This document shows, in pieces, positions 45,001 to 59,268 of a stretch of 64,000 nucleotides of DNA. The translations under genes were made by a program, and so were the position numbers. Source of the stretch: Klebsormidium nitens (Eukaryota > Plantae > Klebsormidiophyceae); assembly GCA_000708835.1 (NCBI GenBank), contig DF237094.1, positions 1 through 64,000 of the forward strand, in the 5' to 3' direction. The notes under the pieces were generated by a model. The model had not been told where the DNA came from, searched no databases, and saw nothing but the letters and a program-made list of their open reading frames with translations. Numbering within the stretch: position 1 is the first letter of the stretch; each line of letters begins with the position of its first letter.

Positions 45001-46780
45001 TGTGCCCGACACGTTCGGCGAAAGCTGGCCCCCTGCCTGTGCAATCACCACGACTTGCATATCAGTGTTTTGGTGTAGTGGTGGACAGTAACTTTCTCCT
45101 GGATGTGTGCATGCCCAGCGAACTCACTTATGCATTTAACGAGGACTGAATTGTCTCCCTCCACCAGCAACAGTGGGATATTGTCCGCGCTGGACGATAC
45201 TGCATCCTATTGCTACAGTGAGAAGCTGATTATTTCTTGGCCACGGCATTGGCATTTCGCTCTCTTGAGACTTAGGCACTCCCTTTCAGCTCTGGCAAAG
45301 ATGCTTCTGAGAATTCAATCAGAGTACACATCCCTATGAAGGCCGGTGCTTCTCTTGGCTTACAGACTTCGAAACATTCAATCATATGGTTCCTGTGAGA
45401 CCGTAGCCTTTTCTCGAATCAAGCTCATGAAGGTCACAACGAGCCTAATGCGTTTGAATGGTGTCAACAGGCACTAACGCTAACATAGTCGTTTCAAATT
45501 AAACGAAATTGATCAACCTACCATGTTGTATGATTAGACACCAAGGCTCGAAATGCGCACCTTTCTCTCCGTTTCAGCGTCTGTTTCGTTTCCCCACTGG
45601 GAAACCATGCCTGCAGTGGTCTGTAGAGACGTAGAAACGAAAAGCCGGTTTAGTTGCGTCTACCTTGTTGGCCTCCTCTAGTTGCACCACACTGCCGGAA
45701 AACATAAGCGAAAAGTAGGGCAAGGGGCACACAGCTCCTCATTGAAGAACCCTGACGGCCAAGCCTCTGTTTGCATCACAAGTAGTGGATAGTCTCCATT
45801 TGGGAAGTCAGGTAGTCGCCTTCCATTGTCATCAGTTGATTACCACCATCCAGAATTCTCTGTCAGCAGCAAATTCGTTGACAAGTCATCATTAGCTGAC
45901 CTGATACTACCACTCTGTTTGCATAGAAGTCTCGGTTTTTGACTAGATGCAAACCTCTTTGTTTTGAATGCACTAATCTGGTCAGACGGTGGTCCCATTT
46001 CACCCTGCACAGCTCACCACCTCGTTACACTTTCATGTAGATAATAGAGCCTAGAAGTAACAAGAACAGCTCACCTCCTCTCTCTTAGCTGCATGCTCTT
46101 CTGGCGCAAAAGTGGTTCTTCCTGTACCTCCCGAGATTGCCATGATGCACAACTCGCGCAAGTGCTCAGCTCAGAGCTCTAGATTTGTCCTTCCGCTTGT
46201 ACTCCAAGTAACGTGTCTGCATGCCCCCAACCCAACACCTCAGCAGTACGCCAGACTGAAATCCACTTAGGAATGCCTGGCAGCAAAGTGTGCTAAGCAG
46301 ATCCACGTAAGAGCTGAGCTAGTACTTCAAGACCCTACTCCAAAGTCCGGAATTCTCTGAAATGATGGTTTGGAGGTACCTGCATGAGCAGAGCAAATTG
46401 AGACCCCAAACACCCAGGTCTTGTAAAAGGGGAAACAATCAAAAGACGCGTTGAAAATGTCTGCGATGCAGCGCTGCACTCGCGAACTCGTGCCTTCAGC
46501 TGCGCTTCTTGAAGTGGCTGCTTCGCCAGGGATATTCCCATAAGCGCTTAGCGCTTGAATGTGCGGCTCTGCAGACCGGGAGTGCATTGTCCAGGTGCCC
46601 GGAACGGACTAGAGTACCGAAACTTGAAAGGCTAGGTATCTACGAAAACATGAGTAATGGGCGGCACGGATAAGTCTCGATTATGTTGAGTCAGGTGTAT
46701 GTTGAGTTGGAAAAAGTCCCCGGGCCTCAACAAACTAGGTAGAATCTAAACCCAAAGTTAACATGCTCCGCACCCATGCC

Positions 46781-46792
46781 CACCCTAAACCC
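46781..46792 (+). promoter_or_regulatory. Telo-box-like motif in the divergent CFAP100/SR45a intergenic region
   Basis: CACCCTAAACCC about 420 bp upstream of the SR45a ATG. Telo-boxes are known in plant promoters of RNA-processing and translation genes, but telomere-like motifs are common in this window. Confidence 0.25.
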
Positions 46793-47207
46793 CCAAACCA
46801 ACCCCACCCGTCCCCCGGGCATGACCTAACTCAACATAGCCGCAACTTAACATAAAATCGAGACTCAGGTATTGCAGCACGGTACACTTTTTCTGCGCAA
46901 TGACTCTCCTGCAACCAGCGCCTATCTCACTGAGTCGATTCTGAAACGAAAAGCAGCCCTGCAACGCGCGCGCACTCATGTAAACAAGTGCATGCGTGCG
47001 CATGTATGACCACGGTTCCGGTTCCGATCCAGACCCAAGGTCTTGTTCCAATCCTCCGCTGCCAGCCAGGCCGGAATTAGCGCAGAAAACAGCAAAAAAT
47101 TAGAGCCCGCTTGCTGGCTGGCTTTTCAAAGGCGCCTCAGGCTCCAGATGGGGAGCAGAACTCGCGTCCTTCCCCAGGACTTTATCTGTACGAGCAGCTG
47201 AGGAGGC

Positions 47208-50200
47208 ATGTCTGCGACAAGGAGCCCCGCGCCTGATGGGTGAGCACAATTTTGTCTTTGTTCTAGACAACGCTGGTGTTGGTTGAGTTGCTGCAAAGAA
47301 TTGCATCCGGCTTATCACATCTGTTTGCTGCAGCAAACTAGGCCAATGGATGCCTGGGGTTGACGTCTTTCGGTAATCTCTGTGCCGAAGACAGAACGTG
47401 ATGCATTGTTATCAAAGACAAAAGAGAGATGAAAGATGAAGCAGGTGACTCCCTAGATGTGGTCCTAAACCAGTCGCTCATGCAATTTTGTAATGTTTTG
47501 TTGCTTCCTTTTGCTAAGTCCCTTTCTTTCTTCCTTCGTCTTGGCCTTTCGTTTCTCTTCCTCTATCAGGACTCTTCTTTTTTATTATATGCTCTCAAAG
47601 CTCCACACCTTCAGTAACAGCTTTTTGGAGCTTTGCTTCACGTCTACCAGAAACCTTGGAAGAAGAGATGTGGTCAAGCAGAAGCCTGTGCCCCTGAACT
47701 TCCATGGTAGTGTTTGTGCTGCGACTTCAGTTGTTCTGAAGTACTGTCTGTCAATTTAACCAGGTAGCACATTCATGTAAGTGATTGCTCTACTGACGAT
47801 CGCAAGTGACAAGCCAGACATACAAAAGCCATCTTCATTGGCACCTGAAAGGGGACATGATTTACCACAGTCACTCCGGTTTCAGTATGCTCTTCTCATT
47901 TTTCTAAGCGTGAGCCTTGGCAGCTCTTGTTGGTAAGACCTAGTGATATGTAAGCAGCGAAAAATGTGACACACATATGTAGTAAGAAGCTCAGTTTCAC
48001 AACCTTGTGAGCACAAAATGGATTGCACTTCAGACCCTCAGAATGGAGTCACCAGGTTCACCTTCTGCTCTGCAGGTCCCCAGAGAACCGGGACAGGTCG
48101 CCTTCTCCCAAACAGGAGGAAGCGGCGCGCTCTCGTTCTCCGACCCCGCAGAGGTCGCCAAGCCGCGAGAGGAGAGACACACCTGAAAGGAGGGACCGCT
48201 CGAGAACGCCGGACGCGCCCCGCAGGACACGCAGTCCGGACGACAGGAGACGGTCCAGGACACCAGAGAGGAGAGGCCGCTCGAGGTCGCGCTCTCCAGC
48301 AGCAAAGTAAGACGGACTTGACGATGTTCTGGTGGTAGATTGGGTGAAGGATTTCAATCTGGAGAGTGAAAGTTAATGAACTGAAATGTAGAAGTGGAAG
48401 GTTGAGCAGAGGAGAGTTGATGAACTCAAGGGTAGAACTGGAAGGTTTAAGCATGGTTGTCCTCAAGAAGCAAGGTTACTTCGTGCTAAACAGGAGTTCG
48501 GATAATCACAACAACCGCCACTTTCTTGACTTTGCCAAACAAAGGCCCGAACGCAAGCTGTGACAGTACGTATGCACTGCTTCCTGAGATGAGGCACTGC
48601 ACGTCCCAGCGATACCTTGATATCAAGGACTATGAGACTTTGCCAAACCAAGTGAAAGGAACTTTGTCACAACTTAGTGACTGTAGCGGCTCCTTTCCTT
48701 GCAGCGGCGGCGGCCGTGGCCGAAGTGCTGAGAATCCTGGGACCAACCTGTATGTGACAGGGCTTTCTACCCGTGTTACGGAGGAAGAGCTTGAGAGATA
48801 CTTTTCCAAGGAGGGCAAGGTAAGCCTTCGAAAAATGCAGAACAAGGAGCTTTCGAAACTGGAGGGTTCTCCAGCGAGCAAAGCCCCAATGTAGCGCGAA
48901 ATGATACATAAGCAGACTGATGTGAAAGGGGCAAGGAGAGTGTTGTCTTGGAAAAAACTAGCAGCGGCTAGTGTGAAATGAGTTCGTTTTTCCTGTGTTC
49001 AGTGCTTTGATTGATGATAATAAAAAACCAAGCGCTGACACCTTGTAAAGGTCCAGCCTTCTCAAGAGATTGCTTTATAGTCTCTGTCAAAGGTCGTCCT
49101 TATTGAGACCAGCCTGTGTTGTCTCGTTGAACACCAGCCTCTGTTGCAAGAGCACAACCGCTTGCATAGCTCTCAACAACATTTATGAGAATGGATGTGA
49201 TAGATTCTCTGCTCTCTGGCCGCTCGTGAGGGTTGCTTAGCTGACAAGACACGAGTGCTGCACGCCCCTAGAACACAAGCAGTGTGTTGCACTGACTGTC
49301 AAGTCGTCTTTATCACCTCTACTTGTGGCGCCGAAGCAGTAAGCGCGCGGTAATGTATTACCCTATTTGTTACTGGCATTTCATCATCCTAGAGAGCTAG
49401 AACGTCTCTTCCGCACAGATTGCCGCGCTTCCCTTTGTTGTGGTGGCTTCTAGAAACACAAGTACGACCAAAAACAACAGTTGCAAAGAGTAGGGATTCA
49501 ATCATTGAACCCTTTCCGAACATTTCGCAGGTTGCCGATGCGCGCATTGTCCGAGACCCAAGGACCCAGGAGTCGCGCGGCTTCGGCTTCATCACCATGG
49601 CCACGCGTGAAGACGCTGACGCTGTTGTCAGGAGGGTCAACGGCAAAGCCTTTGAGGGACGGCTGCTCACTGTTGAGAAGGTACGCTGGTCAAAATCGTC
49701 ATGCTTGCAATGGAGTGATTCGCCATCCATTCATTTCCTTTCATGGCATTTTTTTCCATTCCCTATGGCTCTCTGCCCCTATGATTTTGGTGCTCTTTGA
49801 TCTTTGCTGGAGATTAACGCGCTTCTCCGGCCATTTGAGAAGCATCTCTGGTACAATTGAGAATCAAATGTGTGGAGTTGCAAGCCTTGAAGCCTGTGAT
49901 CTAAAAAATGGCTCGGAAATAGAACCGTGGGAAGAGTTCTTGGTTGCCTTATAGCAGTCTGTTCGCGTAAGCAGAGCTCGTTTGAAGTCGGAACGTCCCA
50001 ACTTTGTAGAGTGCATCCTGCGCCATCTGCGAAGATGACAGTGTTGGCTTTATGTCATGCTGACGCAGACGAGAGGGCCATTGTGATTCAAGCCACCCAG
50101 CCTTCGAAGATCCACATGAATATGAAGCATTTGACTTCAAACCGAGAATTTCAGTATTGACTTTACTTTTCATAAGCAGTTGGTCGCGTCCTCGTTGTTA

Positions 50201-51754
50201 TCCGCATCTTTCGCACTCCGCTTTCTGCTTTGCGTTCTGCCTCTGTCTGACTTCGTCGCCTCCCCCCCGATTGCTATCTGAGTTTCGTCAAGGATCTACT
50301 TGGATCCTGCAGTTTCCAAGCTCAAAATGGCCCCTTTTACAAGCCTCCCCCAAGGGAGCGGCCCCCCCTCGTCCCCACCCCCTCTGCGCCATCGTTTTCA
50401 CTGCCCCCCAAATGTCAACTTTGCCAGCACCGTCCGAACATTCGTCCTCGAGCAACCGTCCAAATGGTTTCAACTTCGCGCTCCGCCGTCCGAAGGGCCG
50501 TCCGAATGGTGTCAAGTTCTTCACCACCTTTCAAACGCTGCGAGCTCTGACACACTAGACTGAAGGGGCGTCGTCACCACCTGTCCGAACGGTGTCAGCC
50601 TGCTGACGTCGTCCGAACAAACAACCCCCAAGCATTCGTACGAATGACCAGCCACCTGAACGTCAGCAACTTAACACCAGCGGCCGGAAAGTGTCCTCTT
50701 CGCGCCCATCGTCGGAACGAAGTCAACTTCGAGCGCACGCCTTTGGCGTCAAGCGTCCGCATCATTTACCAGCACGGACCAACTCAAGCCAGAACAACTG
50801 CCGCTGATCGCGTCGATACATGTCGCTGACGTCACCCCTGTTCGGTTCCCTTCGTCCGCCAACAAGCAACGCGTCCAAGCCCGGCTCGCAGCTTTCACGT
50901 TTCTTCGACTTACAAGACCAATCCCGTCATCTTTACCTCTTCTTCAAGTGCCAGCTACATCCGGTGTTCCTCTTTGTCTCCCCCTTCGAGAAGAGCGCAA
51001 GCGACCTGTTCGTGTGCGGGCCACAGTTATCAAAAGATACGCTGTCTGTCTTCTCTCCGTACTGCTGACTCAGTCTGCTCAATAATCATGAGCGGCGGGG
51101 CACAGAGCTAGTCGACGTCAGCGTCTTTTGCTGATATCAGCATCTCGTATTTCTTTGACAGGCAAAGCGTGCGAGGGAGAGGACGCCGACGCCGGGCCAG
51201 TATCGTGGCGTGCGGGGAGCGCACGAGAGTGAGGGCTACGGCTCTTTCGTATTCGCCTTTTAAGATCTCCGCTGCCGTTTCTTTATTTCATGCGACATTG
51301 CTCGGGCATTGATTCGATAGTCCCTGGGCTCTGCATCCAGATGTGATTTCCAATGTGTTTCAGATGGGCACAAGATTGGGTATGCCGGGTTTTGTTGACC
51401 TCTGGAAGTCGATGAGCTCCGGTTCCGTTCGTAAGTCGCTTACAAGTTACTTGTTGCAGAAAGCAAGATTGCAAGCTTCCCGCTGGTTTTGATGTCCGTG
51501 TCTATTGTTATCTGCCTGCGCTTTTCTCAGATTGTGTCTCTTTCTGTTCAGCGGCACCGCCACCGAGGAGCTCGCGGTATGAGTCCGACCGGTACGATCG
51601 TCGTTCTGACAGAGACGACCGGTATGGCAGGAGCTACGACCGACATGACAGGTATGATGACAAGTACGATCGCCGCCGGCGGTCTCCAGATTATGGACAC
51701 TCACGCCGAGAGCGCTCTCCGTATGATAGAGACAGAGGGTATTACAGGAGGTGA
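47208..51754 (+). CDS. SR45a: Serine/arginine-rich splicing factor SR45a (Tra2-like; RS-RRM-RS), ~265 aa, 6 exons
   Basis: Exons 47208-47239, 48076-48306, 48705-48819, 49531-49680, 51162-51228, 51552-51754 (798 nt, in phase). ENPGTNLYVTGLSTRVTEEELERYFSKEGKVADARIVRDPRTQESRGFGFITM..LTVEKAKRARERTPTPGQYRG matches the plant SR45a RRM and RTPTPG motif. Confidence 0.92.
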
Positions 51755-53026
51755 AGCGGTGGCGTACTTATGGTGGGCGGGATTGTTTCTGTATCCTTGG
51801 AGACCCTGTAAGGGTCGACCACCAATGGTAGAGGTCGCTGCAGTGAGTTTAGATATCCTCCAGTCTGTTCGCCGACTTAGTTTGCCTAAGCGATAGTCAG
51901 AGTTGATACGCCTTCTTTGGAAAAGTATGTAAAGGTGGCGTTCCCAAGAACCATGCATTGCACTGGACGGTCTGAACAACTTGAAAGAAGTTGCATTACT
52001 TATGATGGGATTTTGCATTGCATCTGAGATCAAAATGAGAAAGGGATTTCATTCACCCAGGATTTTTCAGTGTGCCTCATGATCGATTGAAACTCTGAGA
52101 GGGGCGCGCAACTATATGGCGATCTGATCGGATTACATGTCATTGAGAACGGGCATGCCGCCACGGCATGACGGTGCAATCATACACTACTAGTACTGCG
52201 TGCGTCGCATGGCGGGTCCATATATGATCGATGAATCCGGTACAGAGTACGTATTAGTTATATATGGGTCTCTCGAATACTTAGTGTGTGCAGCACGTTG
52301 ATCATGTCATGCCTGGTGTGCATAGTGCAGCCACCATGCATCTGACTCAGTGAGCGTGCGGCTACTATAAAGACGTTGGCCATCATTCAATTTGGTTTGC
52401 ATGGCACGGCCGCAGTGACTAAGTGATATTTCAGGGCCGTTCTCAATCCGAAGTTTGACGTTGAGTATCTCAGCTAGCGCTGGCCAAATGGGAGAAGTAC
52501 ACATGCCTGGGAAGCTTAGAAGGAGAGACACGCCTTGTACTCTTTCACGCAACGGACCATCCAATTATGCATGCACTTGTACTGACGTCAAAGTCAGCGG
52601 TGCTTTTGCAAACAAGGGTTATATGCCCTGCGAAAATCAGGGGGCTATGTTCATGACAGCGCTTACCAATCTGTCTTTCCCCTCACCTCTCGATCCCACC
52701 AATTTGCAACAGTAACTCCTTCGAACCTGCAAACGCAACTGCAACGTGGCAGTGAAACCACGTCCAAAGAATTGCACAGGCGCACGTCTGCTCAAAACAA
52801 CGTGCAAGTGGAATATGCGGAGGTCTAGATTGCAATTTACTTGATCACCAAAAATGTTTCTATAGAAGTCCATTTCTGACCGTCTCTCTGTGCCACTTAG
52901 ACATGAGGCCTGTCCAATAAGATTGAGCTCTAATCCAGGGACGTACCCGAAAGCGGGCCCTGTTTGCGGCCCGAGGTCCAAACTGTGCAACAAAAGTCGC
53001 TCGGCTCTCACAAGGCCGTTCCAGTC

Positions 53027-56000
53027 CTAGCCCACGTGCTTGCTCTTCTGCTTCTTGTACTTCTTCTGCGAAAAGAGGAAATACAGTTAGCAACGGATAG
53101 GAAATCTGTGCATCAGCTTAAAGGGCTTGTTGCGCATTACGTTCTCTTTATTTCGCTGCAATCTGCTGAGGTGTAAGAAAGCAGTCAAGCTCCCATTAAG
53201 GTGCAGCTTGATCAGCCTTGAAAGCTTTTACCGTATCAATGATAAAGTTGTATCCAGAAAAATATACAGCTTCGGAGCATGCAAGAAGTTTTTCAAACGA
53301 GAAACTCTTTGCGGGCGTGCAAAAGCAAATGTCCCCATTTGAGTTCAGCCTAGTATGTAGGATCCAGCCTTGAAGAAAAAATAAAAATTACCAAAAACGT
53401 CGAGATGGTGTTACAAGTCTGGCTATTCTCCTGATATCCCCACGGCGAAATCCTTCTAGCAGATTCTCGACCGCGCGCGTCAAATACAGGTGATACAACA
53501 ATCAAAGACCCGGCTTGTCCACCAAGCACCCCGCCGATTCAGTTCAGAGATTAGCGAAGCCACTCATTACTTCGCAGAGACACATTTGAGATCAATGCGG
53601 TATATCACCATAAGTTCGCAAGTATGCAGTCAAGAGATCGTACGACAAGAACTGCACAGAGTTGACGGCTGCGACTCAGCAGGTTGAATTTCGGCTGCAC
53701 CTTTTGCGCCTCTGCATCCGTCCGCTCTTCCCACGAGCTTTTCCGCAAGATGAGCGGGCGGTTCCCCACGTATTTACCTGGTGAGAGCAAAGAAACAAAT
53801 CTTCCGAAGCTGACCAACCCAAGGAGAAATAACTGGTGACGAGTGATAGACTATAGGTGGGGTTGGGTTTCGTTCATACGTGGTCCTCCTGCTGCGGAAA
53901 ACAAAAGTTGTCGAGCGAGGCGCTTTCAGTTTAGAAAACCCTAGTCATGAGAATAGAGACCAGACCTGGAAAGAGTTACAACTCAGTCCCTTACCTCTTG
54001 GTCTGCGTTTGGGTTATTCCGCTCTTGCCAAGTGCTCTTCCGGAGCTGAACTGGCCGCTTTCCAATATACTTCCCTGCCGATCACACCGGACAGCAGTCG
54101 CACTGAGAATCGGGGTCTAACCGTCTTGGAATACTCGAATGTTGGACTTGGGAACTGACATACTCGTACACTATCGACTGCGGTTGGGGCGAGACAAAAC
54201 GAAAACATCGTAGACTTCATGCTCACGAACATTGAGGATCTTGAAAGATAGATTCTGAAACCGCACATGACAACTCGTGCTTTTCAGCAAGATGATCTGA
54301 CGAAAGGGTGTGACACCCTCGGAGGGTGTTTGAATGTTACTTAATATGGACTCCGGTGTGTGCTTTGTGCACCTTTAGGGTCTCCACTTTACAAGAAGAG
54401 GAAGTGGGACATGCTGCGCAACAATCTCATCCAACAGGCAGTTGCCCGAGACCTGAGCGAGTATACTGCGTACTGAGATCGTCCAAAACGCAATGCATCA
54501 GAAACGACAATCGCTTTATGAATGCAGATCGATTTGATTGGACTCTGGAAGGCAATGTCCACCCTATGCAAAAAGCTGGACTCTTCCAGGGAGCTTAGTT
54601 CTCACCTTGCATCTCCTTCAGGGCGGAGAACATGTCGCCCTGTGTTGCGAAGCTGACGAATCCATAACCCCGCGTTTTACCCGTCCGTTTATCCCGGATA
54701 ACCTGCACATTAAGGACTCCTTTTCAAGTGATTCTAGGAAAATAGTATGAGGAGGCCGTCCCATCGCATCGCATTCTCTCTTGCCATTTTCTCTGCTTTC
54801 GCTCGCTCTTTTGCTTCTGTCTTTGGCGCTCGCTAACCGAGCGAGTAGACAGACAAAGCGAGAACTGCAGCGTGGGTTCAGGAAAAATGAAGGAGACACC
54901 TCTTGGCAAGTTCCTTTTGACGCTTCATGGTTGCAAAATCGACGAGCATCCAATACCGCTCGTGACAGCGCATCGCAAAAATGGACGTGCTGCTGCTCAA
55001 CGTTCCTCAAGAGTTCAAGCTTAATATTACTGCCGCAATATTCATCAAGGACAGATGGTTGCGTTGGTACTCTTACAATCAGGTGCTCTACATCTGCTGC
55101 CTACCTTCGCCATGTTGAAGCTGCTGTACTTGACGAACGCCTTTGACAGGACGTCCTCGTTGACCTCGTTCCCGAGGTTGCCGCAGAACAATCGGAAGTC
55201 GTCTGCAGAGACAGGTCCGGAGTTCAGTGCCAAGGGTTTCAAGGTTCAGGTCAATCAGACTTGGACTCTTGGATTCTGGCAGTCAAACGCGCAGCTTTGT
55301 AGCAGATGGCATCTTCGCAATGTAGCGGCAAGGGTGAGCTCAGACCTACGGTGAATAAGCGGTTGAAAAGAGACGTCCCCAAAAACGGCCGAACGCCAAC
55401 GCCGCAGTTTTGGAGGTCAATCTCCGCATGATGGACGATCCAAACGCCAGGCAAGTCCACCACGTGCTCAGAATGGTACTACAAAGCAGTCTCAAAGAAT
55501 TCTGAATTGACCCACAAAGAATGTATTTCAGCCCACTTACTCGTATAGAAAGATAAGTAAAGAAAACACTGTACAAGTCACGAGCTGCAGCACAATTGTC
55601 TTACTTTCGGGCCACTCCGCCAGTGTGGGATCCACCCACTTCTCCCCCGCGGCTGTCCGAGCAATCGGCCGCTTCTTCGTCTCTTTCTTTGGGTCTGGCT
55701 TCGGCTCTTCTCCGGCCAGCGCGGCTTTCACCCTTTCTAACTCTGCCGGATCGAGAGCCTTCATATCCCTTTCAAACAGTGTTTGCCCCTGTAAACCAAA
55801 ACACGTGTGTCAGGCGATTGTGAGGGAAGCAAGCAGGAGCTTGGAGTCTGGGTGAGTATGTGCAACGATCCTTTGCGTCAAGTAGCTTCTCTGCAAGAGC
55901 CAAGCGCCAAGGAGCCTTTTACACGTCACTTTCGCACCTTTTGCACCTCTCGGGTCGCTGTTCGCTTAGGAAATGAAGCGCAGCATATGGAACACGGTTG

Positions 56001-57968
56001 GCGAGAGGCCCAACTTATCTTGCAACGAAGAGTGCCTGCCATGTTTGTGAAAACAGTAGGAGTCCTGCAAGAAGATCTTGCAGCGGAGAAGTGACTAATA
56101 ACAGCTTTGTATTTAATGGCCATTGAAAGTCCTCTGTTTATCTCTGCAAGCTCTCGCAACCAGCAAAACTGGGTCCCGAATCTTTCGCTATCTGGCCTCC
56201 CTTAGAAGCCAATGTGCTCGTCATACTGACACAATGAAAGCCTGCATAGCAGAGCTACAAAAAGCAAGCCTACATAGCAAAGCTACAAAAAGCACGTGCT
56301 TCTTATGCATGATTGAATCCGCCCTTCCAAAATAAACGCCTCTGATCAACCCTGTCTGCAAAGCGGCTTGAGATAATCACCTGTGTAAGGGGAGGCGCTG
56401 CAACCGGCCCTGGGTATTGCGCCAAAACGGGGGGGTACTGTCCCGGCGGCGCAAACTGGCCCGAGGGACCGGGGGGGTAAAAGGGTTGCGGACCCGGCGC
56501 GGGGAGGGGCGCCGGAAGTGGGGCGACAGAGGGGGGCGGAGCGTGGGGCCGTACAACTGCGGGGGGGGAAGGTCGGCGGTGCNNNNNNNNNNNNNNNNNN
56601 NNNNNNNNNNNNNNNNNNNNNNNNNNNNNNNNNNNNNNNNNNNNNNNNNNNNNNNNNNNNNNNNNNNNNNNNNNNNNNNNNNNNNNNNNNNNNNNNNNNN
56701 NNNNNNNNNNNNNNNNNNNNNNNNNNNNNNNNNNNNNNNNNNNNNNNNNNNNNNATTTGAGAAGGGGGTCCGCTCAGAGAAGAGGGGGGAGGGGGGGGTG
56801 GTCGAGCAGGAACTGACCCGTTCGGGGGGGGTGTTTTGGAAGCTCCTGCCGGGGGGGGAGGAGGCATAGGGGGACGGGGTTTGCTGGAGGCCGCTTTGGG
56901 GGGGGGGAGCGGAGCTGGGGGCGGAGGAGGGGGGGTGGTTGTGAGCTCGGCCATCTCCGCTTCAAAGCGAGCGAGCTCGGTATCGAGTGCATCTTTTGGG
57001 TCGCCGCTGTACAACAAAAAGACGACATTCTGAAAAAAGCCAGTTGAAAAGCAACATGGTAGCTGACATCGTCAGTTGGAAGACTGCAGAGGGAGAACAA
57101 AAAGAGGATCCTAGAGCTGATCACAGAGGTCAAAAGGAGGCACCAAATCAGGCGTCAGCACATGCTCTGGATTGCCTGCATTACGCGTGGTTCAACAAAA
57201 GCCAGTGAACCAACGAGAGGCGGGGTAAACAGAAGACTCAGAAGGTTTGGTTACAGGGCAAGCCTAGGGAATATGTACGAAATCAACAGGCGGAGCTTCA
57301 TTAGAAAAGGGTCAGAATGATTAGCCAGGAGTGCTGCTGTCCCACCCTGTATGCATCGGAGATAACAGGAGTCTATTTCCACAATAAGACCAGCAATGGA
57401 TTAGAGCAGCCACGGTAGTTGGAGCAGAAGGTGAAGACACATTGCGCTGTCCACAACAGCCACAAAGGTCCCCTCGACTCTACTTGAGCAAAAGTGGCAA
57501 GAAGAGCCCCTTCCAAACTCAAAGCTTAAACATGCTAACTCTTCAAGGAGTTCATGTCCAGCTTTTGGGCCTTGCAAAACGCGCACCGACGTGAAGCAGT
57601 GCATGGTACAATTACAGCACTAACCAGGGAATCAAAGATGCATTCGAAAATGGACAGAACAGGCTGAGAGGGGTGATATGTCTCAAGCAAAGGGGATCCC
57701 ATGCTGACAAAGCTTTCTTTGACCCATTTTGTCCCTTTGCGGACTCTAAACTCAACTCAATGTACAAAAGCAAAATCTATTTCAGCGTCCGCATAATACA
57801 CCACCACCAAACCCTCACAGCCGTCGAATCTCTGTAGATTAATCATTAAGCTTTTTCTCCAGCCATTTGTAAACCTCAGCAGAAGCGCGTCCCTTGAACA
57901 GACACCTTCAACAGCTTGACACAACTAGCCAAAATCCAGTCTTACCCTTCTTTGGCAGACTCGGCCAT
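53027..57968 (-). CDS. RBM42: RNA-binding protein 42 homologue (Pro-rich N-terminus, C-terminal RRM), 7 exons
   Basis: Exons 57968-57946, 57006-56381 (contains the N gap), 55788-55605, 55202-55105, 54702-54606, 53777-53701, 53065-53027. RTAAGEKWVDPTLAEWPENDFRLFCGNLGNEVNEDVLSKAF..VIRDKRTGKTRGYGFVSF..ALKEMQGKYVGNRPLILRKSSWEER is the RBM42 signature. Confidence 0.92.
56583..56754. other. Assembly gap (172 N) inside the poly-Pro exon of RBM42
   Basis: Run of N flanked by G-homopolymer-rich sequence, so the reading frame across it is unreliable. Confidence 0.95.
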
Positions 57969-59268
57969 GCTTCCCAAGTCCTTACGAAGCCTTGGCAAGC
58001 AACACCACCGAGAATAAGACTTGGATCTATTGTAGGAATAGTATTGACCAGCACCCCGACCGCCCTTCTAATAGTACTAGTCCAAAAGCAGGGTAAAAGC
58101 TGTGGAAAAAAGCGACTCGGAACTCGCTCAGGCAGGCAGCAGGAATTTCAGGAGGGAAAGCGGCGACAAGATCTACAACCTTCAAAGTTTAACAATGCCC
58201 CTTCTGGAGGACTACTGTTGTAGGCTGAAGGTTTCCAGACGGTCGCCACGGACAGTATTCCGCCCCGCTGGGCAGAATTCCGCGGGGTCCTGCGGAAATT
58301 CACGGATTCCGCACACTCTGCCTTTCCGCCCATTGCAGGCCACACCGGAATCAGTGCAGTTGAGCCTCGGAGCAGACAAAGTGCCTATATGCCAAGACGC
58401 CAGTGCCACCAGTCAATCAGGGCTTCGATCCGTGTGGTATTTTTGCTGATGTCACCGCTGGATTGCAATGTGCCACGTCCAGAAACATTTGGGCTTGCGC
58501 CAGAACAGAGAGAGGGCAATTGGAAAGTAAGTTGAGCGCGAGCTGCCATATGATCAATCATGTTGCAAAACGTGTTGCGACAACGGTTGCCTCCCAATCG
58601 CGAGCTCCCCATGCGTGCACTTGACCCTTGATGGCGGCCCACGAATGCACCGCGGCCGCCCTAGGTATAGTCAAAGCCCCTTTGTGTGTTGTTTGAGGCT
58701 CGAAGTATGTGAAGTTCATGGTTGGCGGGTGAGGGCAGCGCCGGGGATCCATCATGGTGGCAAGGAATTGCATCCGCGAAGTGAGAAGCTGCTTAAGGCG
58801 TCGATCTAGGGAGAATTTGAGCGAAGTGCTCAGTGGAGGTCCTAGCAGCTTTGATGGTTAGTATGGATCGTCGCATGGAATGATCGTCTTGGCGACCTAA
58901 AGACAACACCTTAGCGTGCCCTTTTTTCTGCTGACATTCAGCTTAGATCGTTGAGTTCATTGAACTGCTTGTGTGACTCATGCACCGAGTCCATCATCAT
59001 TCTTTCACCATGCAAGCTGTAAACAAGCGTGGTGCGCCAGATTATGGGGTAATAAGTTGTGCGCCCGGTTGATATTGCGCGACGTCGGGATGAAAACGAG
59101 TGACCTAGGACACTTCAGTCTTATTTGAAAAGAAACAGGAACAGCGTGAGGATGTTGACAGGTTGTCTCCTCAAGAACCAGCCTACAAAGTCACCACTGC
59201 GACAACACTCTGACTCGCTTGTATCCCGGAAGACCAGTTTTGGCCCTTTAGTTTGACTCCAGATTGGA

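Noticed and set aside
56255-56300. Duplicated CATAGCA(G/A)AGCTACAAAAAGCA in an RBM42 intron
   Set aside because: It is a single short tandem duplication unrelated to any exon junction and has no further structure.
47208-57968. A functional cluster of two convergent splicing-factor genes (SR45a and RBM42)
   Set aside because: Adjacency of two RRM genes is plausible by chance, and the 3' ends of the CDSs are about 1.3 kb apart with no visible shared element.
58558-58773. Minus-strand ORF with a GCCACCATG Kozak-like start as the RBM42 first exon
   Set aside because: ATGGCCGAGTCTGCCAAAGAAGG/GTAAG at 57968-57946 gives the required phase-2 donor with a consensus site; the 58760 ORF has no comparable support.
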